From NCBI GenBank assembly GCA_024137785.1, contig JAHRHZ010000013.1:4431782-4495781 (forward strand): a DNA stretch of 64,000 nucleotides, given 5' to 3'. Positions 39,000 through 53,062 of this stretch are shown one piece after another; position 1 is the stretch's first letter; the number at the start of each line of letters is the position of its first letter. The stretch is from Ginglymostoma cirratum. Lineage: Eukaryota. The notes under the pieces are model-generated. The model saw only the letters and a list, made by a program, of their open reading frames with translations. It searched no databases and was not told where the DNA came from. The position numbers and the translations under genes were made by a program.

Positions 39000-41730
39000 A
39001 GAAGAGAATATAATTAGCAATATAGATAATTTTCTCTGCTGCTGGGAGGGAGACTCTCAAAGGCTGACTTGCCTGTCCAGTGCCAAAGTTATGGATGTTT
39101 CCTCAGGCTGGAGGGGAACATTAAATGGGAGGGGAAGCATCCAGCTGTCATGATCCATTAGCTACTAATGTCCTAGGTAGGACTAAGAAAGTTATTCTGC
39201 TGAGAGCAGCTATGGGTTAAATAATGTTACAGAACCACAAAGTAATAATTTCTAGTTTACAATTAAAGTCATAAGAAAATGGGCATGAGGTAATTAAGAT
39301 CTGACAATTGAATACATGGTTTATGATTGGGGCAACACTAATGAGTTTTGAATAATTGGACACAAGCAGTAGTATTGGAGAACGAAAGGGTTGTTGGTTT
39401 GGAACAGACTCCATTTGGATCCGGCTGGTACCAGTGTCCTGTCAAATTGAATGACTAGGGATTTAAACATTGGAGGAGGAAGTGTCCAGATAAGGGGACT
39501 ATTAAGAAGTTTAAACACAAATCACAGGGTGATAGTGCAAGGTAGTGAGATGGGCAGTGATAGCTAGAGTATGATCGGAAGGGACAGAGCAAACCTAAGA
39601 GTGTATCAGGAAATAAGGTGAGAGTAGGGTAAAATGGTTCAGGCGCAGAATTAAAGCCTTTTTATGAATGCAGCATTTGTAATGTGATAGATTAATTAAA
39701 AGTACAAATAAAAATAAATCATTCTAATATGATACAATTATGTTGGCATGGATGCAAGTTGATCAAGCCTGGGAACAGGATAATAAAGGATTAAATATTT
39801 TTAGAAGAAAGGAAAATGAGGTGGGGTAACTGTGTGAAAAGAATAAGATCAGTACTGAAGTGAGAAATTATCATGCCTTATCATGCCCATTTATCAAGAT
39901 GTTGCCTGGGCAGTTAGTTATGAAGAATGACTGGATAAACTGGGTTGTTTTCCTTGGACTAGAGGAAACTGATTGAGATGTCTACACCCCTCATAATTTT
40001 ATACAAGTTAGATAGGTAGAAACTTTTCCCTTTGGCGGAGGCATCAATGACTGGGGCCATAGATTTAGAGTAGGGAGCAAGATGTTTAGATGAGATGTGA
40101 GGAAAAATGTTTGACCTCAGACAGTTGGGGCAAGGCGGGGGTGGGGGGGGGGGATGCGGTGGTGATGGGGAGGTGGTGTGCAGAATCTGGAATTCACTGC
40201 CTGTAATGGTGGTAGGGGAAGAAACCCTCATAACCTTTAAGAAGTACTTCAATGTACACTTGCATTACCAAGAAATGTAAAGCTATGGGACAAGAGCTAG
40301 AAAATGGGATTAGAATAGTTAGGTAGTTGCTTTTGACTGGGGCAGATTCGATAGGACGACATGCTTTTTTTCTTAGACATCTATGACTCTAAGCTCAAAT
40401 TGTAGAATCAATTTAGATGAAAGGAAAGAAGTTATTGGTAATAGGCCCACAAACTATAACTATACAGTGTTACACAGCTTGAATCAAGAAATAATGGAGA
40501 CTTATGCAAAAGTTACCCTGCTAAACATGGGTGATTTTAATTTTTACATAAATAGGACAAACCAAATTGGCAAAGACGGACCTGAGAACAATTATTTTCC
40601 TTCTGTCTTCATTATAGATAAAAGCAAAATTCCAATAGGAGCTGTAAATCAGGAGGTAGAAGGGAGTGAGAAACTTAGTGAACTTGCAATCTGAAGGCAA
40701 GTGGTACAAAGCAAACTGATGGAGCTTTAGGCTGACAAGTTTCTCCGTTTAGATGAACTTCATTCCATGGTCTAAGAAAAGATTGCTAATGAGGTAATGG
40801 ATGAGTTGATGTTAATTATTCAAAATTCTCATGATTCAGGACAGGTTCCATCAAACTGGAATGTAGCAAATGTAACCATTCTATTCGAGAACCAAGGAAG
40901 AATGAAATGCAGACAGATATAGATAGGTGAAGAGAGTGGGGAAATATCTGGCAAATGTGGTAAATGCGAAGATGTTCACTTTGGCAGGAAATGTTTATAT
41001 AAATATTATTATTTAAATGGAGAATGCTTGCAGAATTCCAAGGTGCAGAGGGATTTAGGCATTCTGGTGCATGAGTCAAAAACGTTGGTATGGAGGTGGA
41101 GGAAAGAATCAAGAAGATGAATGAGATGCTATCCTTTAATATGAGAAGAATTAAACAAAAAGTAAGCATGTTGTGCTTCCGTTATATAGGCATTGATGAT
41201 ACCATTTCTTAAATAATATGCAGTTTTAGTCATCTTATATAAGGAAGGATATAAATGCATTAGAAATCTTTCAGAGGATGTTTACCAGGTTGATATTTGG
41301 AATGAGTGGGTTGTCTTATGAGGAAAGTTTGGACAAGCCGGGCTTGTTTCCATTGGAATTTAGAAATTGAGTGTTTACTTGATTAAAACACAAAAATCCC
41401 TTTGGTCTTCACATAGTGGACTTGGAAATAATGTTTCTTCTTGTGGATGAATATAGAATTTTAAGAATGTTTTCTAAAATTTAGTGTCGTCCTTTCAGGA
41501 TGGACATGAGGAGAATTTTTTTTTCTGAGGATTGTGCAATGTTGGGCGATGGGGATGAGGTCATTGAATTTTTTTATCATAGTGGCGAAAAGATTCCTAT
41601 CAGGCAATAGAATCAAGGGTTATTGGGGATATGGAATTTAAAGCACTAACAGATCAGTTTTGATCATATTGAACAGTGAAGTAGCTAAAGAGGCTGAATG
41701 GTCTACTTCTGCTTCTATTTCAAATGATCA
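39000..41730 (+). mobile_element. Old, internally deleted CR1 LINE with a nested CR1 3' fragment (~39880-40390)
   Basis: ORF1 esterase-like remnants, MGDFNF endonuclease motif, WxxANVTxxF, CR1 C-terminal and 3' UTR motifs. Confidence 0.75.
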
Positions 41731-41860
41731 TGTATTTGTAAAACCAATGAACCTAAAGTATGATAAATCTAGGGATTTAAAGTGGGTGGCTGCTGGCATT
41801 GATTTTAATCTAGAATTCCCTAGATCCTGGAAATGACAAATGGGAAATATGAAGCCTTTT

Positions 41861-42718
41861 TGTGATAATGCTATGGCTTTAAGAGGTGTAGTTTGTCCTC
41901 TTGTTTTTTTTGAAGAAAGGTTTTGAGCCATAGGTGAAAAGTTGTTTCCTCCAAGCCAATAAAGTAAACAGCTTGTGAGGCCTTGGATTTGTTTAAAAAG
42001 TTGGAATAATAGAAGCAACATGAATGGATGGAGTCAGGGTCCCACAGAACCAGGATTTTAGTTTAACTTTCAGCAGTCGTTATGGTTTTGAAGTTGGCTA
42101 TGGAATCTGTTACTTCCCACTCTCCCTCTCTGTTACAGCAAAAGCCTTGGTTCTCTTTCTTCCAGAATCACATGTGAGACTATCTGTTTTACTGAGTTTC
42201 CCTTTGCCAAGGGTGTTTTTTTTGCGATGTTACTATATTGCTGTTTAGTAGTTAAATAATCTATTATTTTGTTAAGCTTTCTAACAAAGTTGTATTAATT
42301 CTTCTTTCTTTCCTTTGTATTTTAGCTGGGTAAGAATAAAGTGTAAACAAACAGAAATTGCTGAAAAAGCTCAGCAGGTCTGACACAACTGTGGAGAGAA
42401 ATCAGAGTTAACATTTCGAGTCAAGTGTACCTCCTTCATTTCACTCGACATGAAACGTCAACTCTGATTTCTCTCCACAATTGCTGCCAGACCTGTTGAA
42501 CTTTTCCAGCAATTTCTGTTTTGTTTCTGATTGACAGAATATGAAGTTCTTCCAGTTTTTATTAAAAATAACGTGTGTTTTGCTTAAAGCCAAATAGTGT
42601 GACAAGTGGAATTACATCTGGAACACAGAACCTTATACTTGCTCTTAAATAAGATAAAAGTTAGGGTCTAGTCTACCTCCCTGATATATTTGTAGAGAGT
42701 TTAGTCTGGTCCGTGACA
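41861..42718 (+). mobile_element. Probable solo LTR interrupting a CR1 fragment
   Basis: TGT...ACA termini and internal AATAAA; CR1 sequence (tggaaa..aaat / ctgtttaagaaaggag) resumes on either side. No clean TSD. Confidence 0.5.
42345..42566. mobile_element. Fold-back pair of the older hammerhead-like family, nested in the LTR
   Basis: Inverted arms; AATAAAGTGT (42335-42344) and AATAACGTGT (42567-42576) as TSD. Confidence 0.75.
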
Positions 42719-43515
42719 CTGTTTAAGAAAGGAGAAATACAGAATGGACAAAACTATAGATTAGTTGTCATAATACCTTTGTTTGAGAAAATGTGGGAAT
42801 TCATTATTAAGTAAGTAGTAACAACATACTTAGGAAACTTAGAATGTTTAGAAACAGACTCTGTTACTGTAATCCTGAATGTATACAATTTGTGAACGAT
42901 AACAAAGGGTGGTCAAGATGAGACATTTAGTGAATGTTATTAGTTTTGGCAACAAAGTGAAAACAGTCTCAGAGCTGTTATAAACAAACATGGCAGATAA
43001 TTTCCATTCTCATTTTATTTAACTAAACTCATTTGAAGTGCTTTGAACAGCATATTAAGCTTGAGATATGTAACAGAAGAGGTTATGTAGTTTTGATTGC
43101 TGACAGTTTTAAATTTAAACTATGTCAGCTATCAAAAGGGATATTGTCTGTTTCAAATGTCCACACAGGTGTTTCATGTGAATACATCTTTCATCTTACT
43201 GTAGACACATCAATATGCCTCAGGACAACTTCAAGCTTTTGATTTTTTGCTCCTAAGGATGATCTACTTTCAATGAACCTTGCAACCTAGTCCTTATGCT
43301 CAATGAGGTAATATTTTTTCATATAATGTTGGAAAAATATATGATATTGGAGGAAAATGTTCTTAATCTATACTGTCAAAAAAGTCAAGCTATTTTATAT
43401 AGCTATACAGTTGAATACAGTTTTATACAGTTGAATGAGAAATAGGAATCAATAAAGATATTAATATATCAGGAAAAATATAGTTTTTCATTGCAGCCAT
43501 AACCTACAATCTATT

Positions 43516-43655
43516 CAGAGACAGTAGGAACTGCCGATGCTGGATAATCTGAGATAACAAGGTATAGGGCTGGATGAACACACAGACCAAGCAGCATCAG
43601 AGGAGCAGGAAAGCTGACGTTTCAGGTGTGGACCCTTCTTCAGAAAAAAAAATGC
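43516..43655 (-). mobile_element. Hammerhead-bearing monomer with 9-bp TSD
   Basis: CAATCTATT at 43507-43515 and 43656-43664; gacgtttcaggtgtggacccttcttcag. Confidence 0.85.
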
Positions 43656-43779
43656 CAATCTATTGCTGACTTGAAAGATACAGTGTCATTTAGTGAGCAT
43701 TAAAGAAAATATTTAGTTTTTTGCACTGAGTTTTTAAAATATTGGGAAAACTTTGGCTCAATACTTTAGTGTTAGCTAA

Positions 43780-45620
43780 TAACAACAACTTATTTTTGAA
43801 TCATGTTTTGAATGTCACAAACCAGCCCAAGGCATTTCACAGTCTGTTCACAGTCAAATAGGCAGACTTCAATGAGTATTTTAAATAAAATGTGTGATAA
43901 AGAGACAGAGGGATAGATGAAGGGCATTTTAATTCTTGATGGATGACAACATGGTGGAGTGATTTAAACTGGGGAAGCTCAAGTTTGCAGGAATAGATGG
44001 CTGAAAGTATTTTCAAGCATTTTGAGCCTTAAGGAGATTACAAGGAAAGGAAGGAGCTAAGATTTGAAAAGAAGGATGCAAATTTTTAAATCAAGTAATT
44101 ACTTAATTGAAAGTCAACAATAATCAGTGAACACTGGTGTGATAGGTGAATGAAGGTTTGATGCAAGTTAAGAAAGGAGAAGCAGAGTTTTGAGTGATCT
44201 CATGTTAAGAAACAAATGAAGTTTCAGCGCACATGTGCTGCCACAGGCTTAAGTTGGGGAGAAGGAAGTGGTCCTAGTCACAGCAAGAGTATGTGGTCAA
44301 AAACCCATCTCAGGATCAAAAATAACACTAGGGATTGTGAAGTTTCCTTTAGTCTCAGTCAAGAAATGGGGTTAACGGGTAAAAAAGCTTTGGTAGCTAG
44401 CGTACAGAGTTTGGAGCTGGTACCAAAAACAATAACTTCAATCTTCCCAATATTTAATTGGAATTTTGGTCACTTTTAGTATTGTTAGTTGCATAATCAA
44501 GAAAGCTGTGAGTCATCACTGCTCATGTAAAAACTCATGCTGTAGTTTCTGTTGATACCACTGAAGAACTGCATGTCAATGAAGAATAGGAGGGTGTCCT
44601 GAATAGATCATTTTGGGACACAAAATGGTGCAGGAGCAGGAAGGGAAGCTGTTGTGTGGTAGAGTTAGATTGATAAGTATGTAACTGGGGAAAACAATCC
44701 CAGCCAAGTGAATGACAGTGAAACAGAGACATTGGAAAGGAATAGTAAGAACTGCCGATGCTGGAGTCAGAGATAACATAGTGTGGAGCTGGAGAAACAC
44801 AGCAGGCCAGGCAGCATCATAGGAGCAGGAAAGCTGATGTTTTGGGTCAGGACCCTTCTGATATTCTGAAGAAGGGTCCCGACCTGAAATGTTAGCTTTC
44901 CCGTTCCTCTGATGCTGCCTGGCCTGCTGTGTTCCTCCAGCTGAACACTGTGTTATCATTGGAAAGGAATGATGTTTTTAACCATGTCAAAGGCTGCAGA
45001 CATACCACAATCCTCTGTCCACTTCTATATTAAAGTCATGAAGTGGGATAGTTTGCCTTTGTCACAGTCATATTGATTGTCATTTGTACTTTTGATACGG
45101 ACTGTTTTGGTTCTATGTCATAGATGGAAATCTGATGGAAAGGATTAAATCATGGAGTTCCAGTAAGGGATTTGGGAAGTGACAATATGTTTGAGACATT
45201 GAGTTTGGAGATTGGACAGTAGTTTGCAAAAACCAGGAGACTTTAATTTGTGGATGGGAGTGATAACAGCTGATATTACGGAGAGAGGGACAATGCTTGA
45301 AGAGTGGGAGTTATTTACCACATCGACTAACATGGTAGCCAGGATGGGAAATCAGTGATCAACAGTTTAGAGAAAGTAAGATTTAAGGGAACAGGACGTG
45401 GGTCTAATAGATAATATAAGATTGGAGAAGGCACGAGGAGAAAATGGGCAAAAAGATAAGAGAAAATTGCAAGTTCAAGACTAGGGCATCAGAGATCTTT
45501 AAAGGAAGTTTGACCCAGTTGTCTACTGACAGGGAGGAACAGAGCAAAGACAGCTTCACCGTAAGGTCTTGATTATGATGACACAGAAATCCATGAGCTC
45601 CTCACACTTAATCTTTGAAG
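43780..45620 (-). mobile_element. Old L2-type LINE
   Basis: Minus strand carries remnants such as tctgcagcctttgacatggtt (SAAFDxV), a GVPQGS-like segment and atgcagttcttcagtggtatc region; heavily decayed. Confidence 0.65.
44744..44956. mobile_element. Fold-back pair of hammerhead-bearing units with 14-bp TSD
   Basis: CATTGGAAAGGAAT at 44730-44743 and 44957-44970; cores degenerate. Confidence 0.88.
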
Positions 45621-45984
45621 GGAGGTAATGGCATCTAATACTAAGACGCTGGCATAGTATGTCTTCAACACAAGATAGCACCTTCTTGACAAACCAGGTG
45701 TTAGAAGTGCCCCACCTTCCTCCCAAAACACCTTTCAGAAAATTGTTAAGGGCTAATTGATAATTAAACTACCTGCACATGTTTGTCAAAGAGATTGCAC
45801 TGCATTTTTGGTGAATAATGTTTCATTTTGTGACCTCTCATAACAGTATCCAGCTGAACAGGCACAAACAAATAATTGCCGAGCATTTTGAGCATGACCT
45901 CAAACTATGTGCAGCTGTCAATGTTCATTAAACAAAAAACAAAGAGCTGCAGAGGCTGAAAATATAAAACAAAAACAGTCCAAA

Positions 45985-46181
45985 AGTGGGCAGTTTAGAT
46001 GGATTGGCCATGCTAAATTGCCCATGGTGTCCAGGGATGTGCAGACTAGTCGGATTAGCCATGGGAAATGTAGGGTTACAGGGATAGGGTACAAGGGTGG
46101 GTCTAGATGAGATGCTGTTCGGAAGGTCGGTGTGGACTTGATGGGCTGAATGGCCTGTTTCCATACTGTAGGGATTCTATG
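45985..46181 (+). mobile_element. 5'-truncated HE1-type SINE
   Basis: ggattggccatgctaaattgccc...gtagggattctatg. Confidence 0.8.
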
Positions 46182-46329
46182 AGAAATTGCTGGAGAAATT
46201 CAGGCAGCATCTGTGGAGAAAAAGCAGAGTCAACATATTGGGTCTAGTGATCCTTTTTCAGAATAGTTCTGTATTGCTTTGTATCAATGTTCACTAACTG
46301 ATTGTGATTTTGCATTGCATTTGATGGGG

Positions 46330-49066
46330 AGTTTTGGATATATCAATGATGTCCCTGAAAGGGAAAGGGAGGTTGAGCAACCAGAGATCATGGTTCACAT
46401 CGATGCTGACAACATAGGCAGAAAGAGTGATGAGGTCCTGGAAAAGGAGTATAGGGAGGTAGGTAGTCAGTGAAATGTAGGACCTCTATGGTTGTAATCT
46501 CAGAATTGTTCCGTGTGCCATATGTCAATGAATCTAGGAATAGGAAGATAATATAGTTAAATACCTGACTAAAGAATTGATGTAGGAGGATGGGCTTCAG
46601 ATATATGGATCATTGGGATGTCTTCCAGAGCAAGTGAGACTGGTGCATGAAGGACGGTTTGCACTTACACTGAAAGGGCACCAATATTCTTTTAGGGAGG
46701 TTTGCAAGTGTCACTCGGTAGGGTTTAAACTAGTGTGGCAGTGGATTGGGAACCAGATTAGTAGGTCAGCAAGTGAAATGACCACAAAGGTCATTAGAAA
46801 CTAAGGCAAGTAAAGCTAAGAGGAAAATCAGACAGAAAGAGGTGACTGAACACAATGAGACTGGCAGTCTGAGGAATGAGCCTGGCCAATTGATCAAAAC
46901 TTCAGTGAGAAGCATTTTGGGAACAGTGGCCATTATTCTGTCAGTTTTATGGATAAGGATAGGAGTCATCCTCAGGTGAAAAGACTTAATTGAAGGAAGG
47001 TTAACTATGACAATACTAGGCAGGAACTGGGGAATATGGATTGGGGGTGGCTGTTTAAGAGAAAATTCACATCTGTCACATGGGAATCTTTTAAAGTTGA
47101 TTAGAATTCAGGACCAACTTGTTCCTGTGAAAATGAAGGATAAGGGTGGCAAGATTCAGGAACCATGGATGACAAGAAAAGTTGTGAGCTTAGTCAAAAA
47201 GAGAAAGGAAATATTCATAAAGTTTAGGAAACTGAAGACAGACTGAGCCCTTGAAAAATATAAAGAAGGAAAAGAAAGAACTTAAACAAGGAGTTAAGAA
47301 GGCTAATAGGGGCCATGATATGTCCTTGGAAAACAGGATTAAGGAAAATCCCAAGGCATTTTATGTGTATATAAGGAACAAGAAGGTAGCTAGGGCAAGG
47401 GTGGGTCCATCCAAGGACTAAGTAGGGAATTTATGCGTGGAGCCTGAGGAAGCGAGTGAGTCCTTAATGAATACTTTGCATTGGTATTCACAAAGGAGAA
47501 GGGCATGGTTGATTGTGAGTCTAGAGAGGATGTTATGAAAATCATTAAGGTAGACAAGACCCTGGGCCCTGATGGGGTCTATCCCAAAATACTATGGGAA
47601 GTGAGAGAGGAAATTGTATAGATTCATTTTATCCTCTTTAGTCACAGTAGACATCACAGAGCAATGGAGAATAGCCAATGTTGTTCCATCTGTTAAGAAG
47701 GGCAACATGGAAAATCTGGAAAATTACAATTGATGAGACTATATCAGTAGTAGGCAAATTGTTGGAGAAAATTTTAGGGATTGGATTCAGTCATATTTGT
47801 CACATTCATAAATATGAATTCATGAGCAATAAGCAGCATGACTATGTGGAGCATGGCAGTGTCTCACAAAATTGATTGAGTATTTTGAGGATGTGACAAA
47901 GATAACTGAGGGCAGGGTGGTGGGTGTCATCTACATGGACTTTAGCAAGGCATTTGACAAGTACCCTCAGGTTGATACAGAAGGTGAATTCACATGGGAT
48001 CCATGGTGAGCTGGTAAGATGGATACAGAACTTGCTTGTTCATAGAAGTCAGAGCAGTGGTGGAAGGATGTTTTTTTTCTGACTGAAAGTCTGTAACCAG
48101 TGGCGTTCTGCAGGAAACAGTGCTGGGACTCCTGTTGTTTGTAATATGTGTAAATGACTTGGAGGAGAATATAGGTGGTTTGATTAGTAAGTTTACAGAT
48201 GACACAAAGATTGGGGAGCTGCACTTAGTGAAGAGGATTTACAGAGAATAGAGTAAGTATACAGGTAGGCTGGAGACTTTGGAGAAATGGCAGCTGGAAT
48301 CTAATCGAACAGGCATAAGGTGATGCATTTTGGAAGGTCTAATCCAGGAGTAAAGTGTAGAGTAAATAGAGAACTCTTAGAAGTATTAGCATACAGAGGG
48401 ATCTACGTGTACATGTCAACAGTTTACTGAAATTGGCAACTGAAAGTGGATAAGGTGGTCAAGAAGGGAAATTGCATACTTGCCATCATCAGCCAGGGCA
48501 CACTATAAAAATGGGCAAGATGTGTTGCAGTTGTATAGATGGGCCACATTTGGAATATTGCATACAATTCTGGTCACCACACCACCAGAAGGATATGGAG
48601 GCTTTTCACAGAAAATTTTAACCAGGATGTTTCCTGGCTTGACAGCTATTAGTCATGAGGAGAGGTTGGACAAATATGGATGTTTTCACTTGAAGCTGAG
48701 GGGTGACCCGATAGAAGTTTACAAAATTATGAGAGAGATGGATAGAGTGGATGGTTCAAGTCTTTTTCCCAGGGTAGAAAAGTCAACTTATAGGGGACAA
48801 GGTAAAAGGGAGTAAGTTAAAAGGACATGTGATAGGTAAGTTTTTTTTTACGCATAGGGTGGTAAGTGCCTGGAATGTGCTGCCAGATGAGGTGGTAGAA
48901 GCAGATGGAGTAGCAATGTTTAAAAGGCATCTTGACAGATACATAAATAGGGAATAGAGGGATATGGCCCACGTAGGGGCAAAATGTTTTTAGTTTAGAA
49001 AGGTGTCATGTGTCAGCAGAGGCTTGGTGGGTAAAGGGCTTGTTCCTGTGCTGTACTGTTCCTTGT
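46330..49066 (+). mobile_element. Long decayed CR1 (HER1-like) LINE
   Basis: ORF1 esterase remnants, EPWMTR, WRIANVVP, VIYMDFSKAFDKV-type, ISKFTDDTKIG, LRGDPIEVYKIM motifs and ctgtactgttc tail. Confidence 0.9.
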
Positions 49067-49069
49067 AGC

Positions 49070-49745
49070 AGGACAGATAGATAAAATGCTTATGAAGACA
49101 TGAAATGCTCTTCTTTCTTAAGTGAGGCATAAAATATAAGACCAAGGAGCTTGTAGTAAAAAAAAGAAAACAATATTTAGGTTACAACTAGAGTGCTGTG
49201 TGTGTTTCTGGTGGCAGTATTACAGAAAGGACGAAATTGCACTCTGTAAAATGCAATTCTACTCCTCTAGAGGATACAGATAATTAGAAGGATGTTGCCA
49301 GGAACACAAAATTTTGTCTGCAGAAATGAATATTGGATACTTCAATGCTTTTTCTCTTCTGAAAAGAGTTGGTTGAAGGACGATGTAATTGAAGCATAGA
49401 AAATTATGAGAAGACTGGATAGACTGGACAGGAATGTCTACTTATCTTGGCAAAACTGAATAACTAAAGGGCACAAGTCTAAAATAATTGGCAAAAAGGT
49501 ACAAGGTGAGTTAAGGAGAAATTATTTCACTCAGATTGTTGTGGGGGTCTGGATCTCACAGTGTGACAGGGTAGGAATGCAGAACTGTGTTTACATTTAA
49601 AATATACTCATGTGTTACAATATCAAGGGCTGTTACCAAAATGCTGAAAAGTGGGCTTATGTCAACTAACTCTTTCTCATCTGACATGGTCATGAGACGT
49701 TGAATTTATCTGCCTTTTTCCTATAAAGTTCAATGAATTTATGAT
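49070..49745 (+). mobile_element. Older CR1 3' fragment
   Basis: Degenerate CR1 C-terminal and 3' UTR motifs. Confidence 0.6.
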
Positions 49746-51614
49746 GTGGAAGGACTCTATGTTTCATAACACTCTGAGAAATGAATATCTATGATATAAT
49801 ATTGCCAAATTTGGCCAAAGAAAGAGAGCTTTATATTTCAATAGGATTCACCTTGATCCTGGAAGCATTGAACTGTACGCTTGTGGCTGTGGTTTAAACT
49901 TGGTTGTATTCAGGAATGGACAAGTGTCACTCCTGAATGTGCAACTTCTCTGCAGCTATTGGCTGTGCATCTTTGCAGTCTCAGGAGTTGCCATGCTAGT
50001 TTTACAGTGAGACAGATGATTGAATTCTGTCATAATTTGTCTGTTTGGCTTTTAGGCTAACAAGTAATTTCCTCTGAGGCAATGGCTCATGTCTTTTCAG
50101 AGAAACTCCAAGGCACTAGCTAAATGTTCACACCATAACAGCTACTCACTTAACAGGGATAACATTGGTAGCAGTAAATGAAAGACAATGACACTCGAAG
50201 GAGAGAACCATTAACAATTTTGCTAATGTGGTTACCAGGGAGGAAAGTTGGGTCATTTGACATTTAGTGGGAATAAATTTGAAAAACCAGAGCGTTTCTC
50301 TCATGTGAGCTGTTTGCATTTATTCTGAAGGTGAGAGTTGACGGGACTCGGGCAAGGGGTTTATGAACATGGTTTACTGTAGAGAAAAAGGAAAGAGGTT
50401 CTCTTTGCTTTCTGGGCTTATCCTTAAAATAGTGAACAGGTGAAAGCAAAGGATCCAAAGGACACAACACAGCTCCAATATGGCTGATGGGAGTACCTGC
50501 CATCACCAGCTTTAAACAGTTACAGGTCTGATAAACTAATGCTCACGCACCACATGTTGAATTAAAAATTCTACACCAAATCACATTAAGCCACAGTGTT
50601 AATTATTTTTCAAACAATACAACTGGCTTCCCACTGCAGGGTAACTGTAATACTTCTGTCACTGGTACAATATCAACCCAACATCATACCATCGGGGTTC
50701 TCCTCTCATACGCTCCACTCTATTCTCTGCCCACCAGATAATTAATACCACTGTATTAATTATTGGATTTTCAACGTAATTTCAACATGACAGTAGTACT
50801 ATAGGTTTTCAGCTTCAGGCATTGTAATTTTTTTTTGTTTTATAACTCAACTGAACAATTTAGTACTGCAGAACTCAAGTAAAATTAATATTTGCATAAA
50901 AACTCATCTAGGTGTAGACGAAGAAAACAGTGGCAAAATAAGAAATTAAGAAATGTGTTTGTACATATTAAAATTAAATGTGGACCTGTTGCATTGTACA
51001 CTGAGATGAATGTGTAATTCCAATATCTTATGCCATCAAGTTATGATCTGGAATGCCTGATCTGAAAGGTTGCGGAACCAAATTCAGTGACAACCTTGAA
51101 AAGGGAATTTGTTCTACAATTGAAAAGGAAATGATTGTGGAGCTATAGGGACAGAACAGAGGAAGGGAATTAGTTTAAAAAAAAACTCTTTCACAGAACC
51201 AGCAAAGTCACCACGGGCCTCCTTCTGAGCTGTAATGTGGTATATAAACACAGTTAGAAATGAACGAGGTGTAAAGGGTGCCGGTGTAATTTTTAAAAAA
51301 TTTCTAAATGTATTGACGTCTTCAATACTCAGTGCAGTTGCTTCACTTTGAATTCATTGTGTTCGACCCTTTATTAAATGCATTTCTTTATTAATATTTC
51401 CTATAATGACCTGTTTACCTAGAGTTCTTCCTGCATCTATTTGCATCCATGTCTGTAGTCTGTAGTCTCAGAACAATGATAATTGCTTCTATTTCCAGTT
51501 TTTATTTGTTTGTTTATCACTTTCATCTCCTCTCCCTCCTTTCTTCATTCCTCCTTCCATTTTTCACCTTGAGGGTAAATGGTACTTTCAAAAAAAGCAC
51601 TCTAAATTTTGGTT

Positions 51615-52800
51615 AACAAGGTGGATGAACACAGCAGGCCAAGCAGCATCATAGAAGCAGGAGAGCTTGACGTTTCGGGCCTAGACCCTTCTTCAGAAAT
51701 GGGGGACGAGAAGGGGGTTCTGAAATAAATAGGAAGAGAGGGGGAGGCAGATAGAAGATGGATAGCGGAGAAGATAGGTGGAGAGGAGACAGACAAGTCA
51801 AAGAGGTGGGGATGGAGCCAGTAAAGGTGAGTGTAGGTGGGGAGGTAGGGAGGAGATAGGTCAGTCCAGGGAGGACGGACAGGTCAAGGGGGCAGGATGA
51901 GGTTAGTAGGTAGGAGCTGGGGGTGGGGCTTGAGGTGGGAGGAGGGATTAGGTGGGAGGAAGGACAGGTTAAGGAGGCGGGGACGAGCTGGGCTGGTTTT
52001 GGGATGCGGTAGGGGAGGGAAGATTTTGAAGCTTGTGAAGTCCACATTGATACCATTGGGCTGCAGGGTTCCCAGGCAGAATATGAGTTGCTGTTCTTGC
52101 AACCTTCGGGTAGCATCATTGTGGCACTGCAGGAGGCCCAGGATGGACATGTCGTCTGCGGAATGGGAGGGGGAGTTGAAATGGTTCGTGACTGGGAGGT
52201 GCAGTTGTTTAGTGCGAACCGAGTGTAGGTGTTCTGCAAAGCGGTCCCCAAGCCTCGGCTTGGTTTCCCCGATGTAGAGGAGGCCACACGGGAACAGCGG
52301 ATGCAGTATACCACATTAGCAGATGTGCAGGTGAACATCTGCTTGATGTGGAAAGTCTTCTTGGGGCCTGGGATGGGGGTGAGTTGGGAGGTGTAGGGGC
52401 AGGTGTAGCACTTCCTGCAGTTGCAGGGAAAAGTGCCGGGTGTGGTGGGGCTGGAGGGGAGTGTGGAGCGGACAAGGGAGTCACGGAGAGAGAGGTCCCT
52501 CCGGAAGGCAGATAAGGGTGGGGAGGGAAAAATGTCTTTGGTGGTGGGGTCGGATTACAGATGGCGGAAGTGTCAGAGGATGATGCGTTGGATCCGGAGG
52601 TTGGTGGGGTGGTACGTGAGGACGAGGGGAATTCTGTTTTGGTTGTTGTTGCAGGGAGGGTGTGTGAGGGATGAGTTGCGGGAAATACGGGAGACACGGT
52701 TGAGGGCGTTCTCAACCACAGAGCAGGGGAAGTTCTGGTCCTTGAAAAATGAGGACATCTGAGATGTACGGGAGTGGAATGCTGCATCCTGGGAGCAGAT
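51615..52800 (-). mobile_element. Neptune-type PLE, 5'-truncated and mutated; same family as 246-1430
   Basis: Near-identical to 246-1390 on the minus strand (GIY-YIG region with frameshift and stop); hammerhead core at 51669-51696. Confidence 0.92.
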
Positions 52801-53062
52801 ATCTCCCTCTCCTTCCTGGACCTCTCTGTCTCCGTCTCCGGCAACCACCTAGAAACTGATATCCATTTCAAGCCCACCGACTCCCACAGCTACGTGGAAT
52901 ACATCTCCTCCCACCCACCTTCCTGCAAAAAGCCATCCCCTATTCCCAATTCCTTCACCTCTGCTGCATCTGCTCCCTGGAAGAGGCATTCCAATCCCAT
53001 ACATCTCACACCTCTACACCTTTGTTATCTCAGATTCTCCAGCATCTGCAGTTCCTACTATC
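52801..53062 (+). mobile_element. Inverted 5' segment of the PLE (RT motif E region) joined to a terminal-repeat end
   Basis: LSFLDLSVSVSGNHLETDIHFKPTDSHSYVEYISSHP; possible TSD TCTAAATTTTGGTT (51601-51614) / TCTTAATTTTCGTT (53063-53076). Confidence 0.85.
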
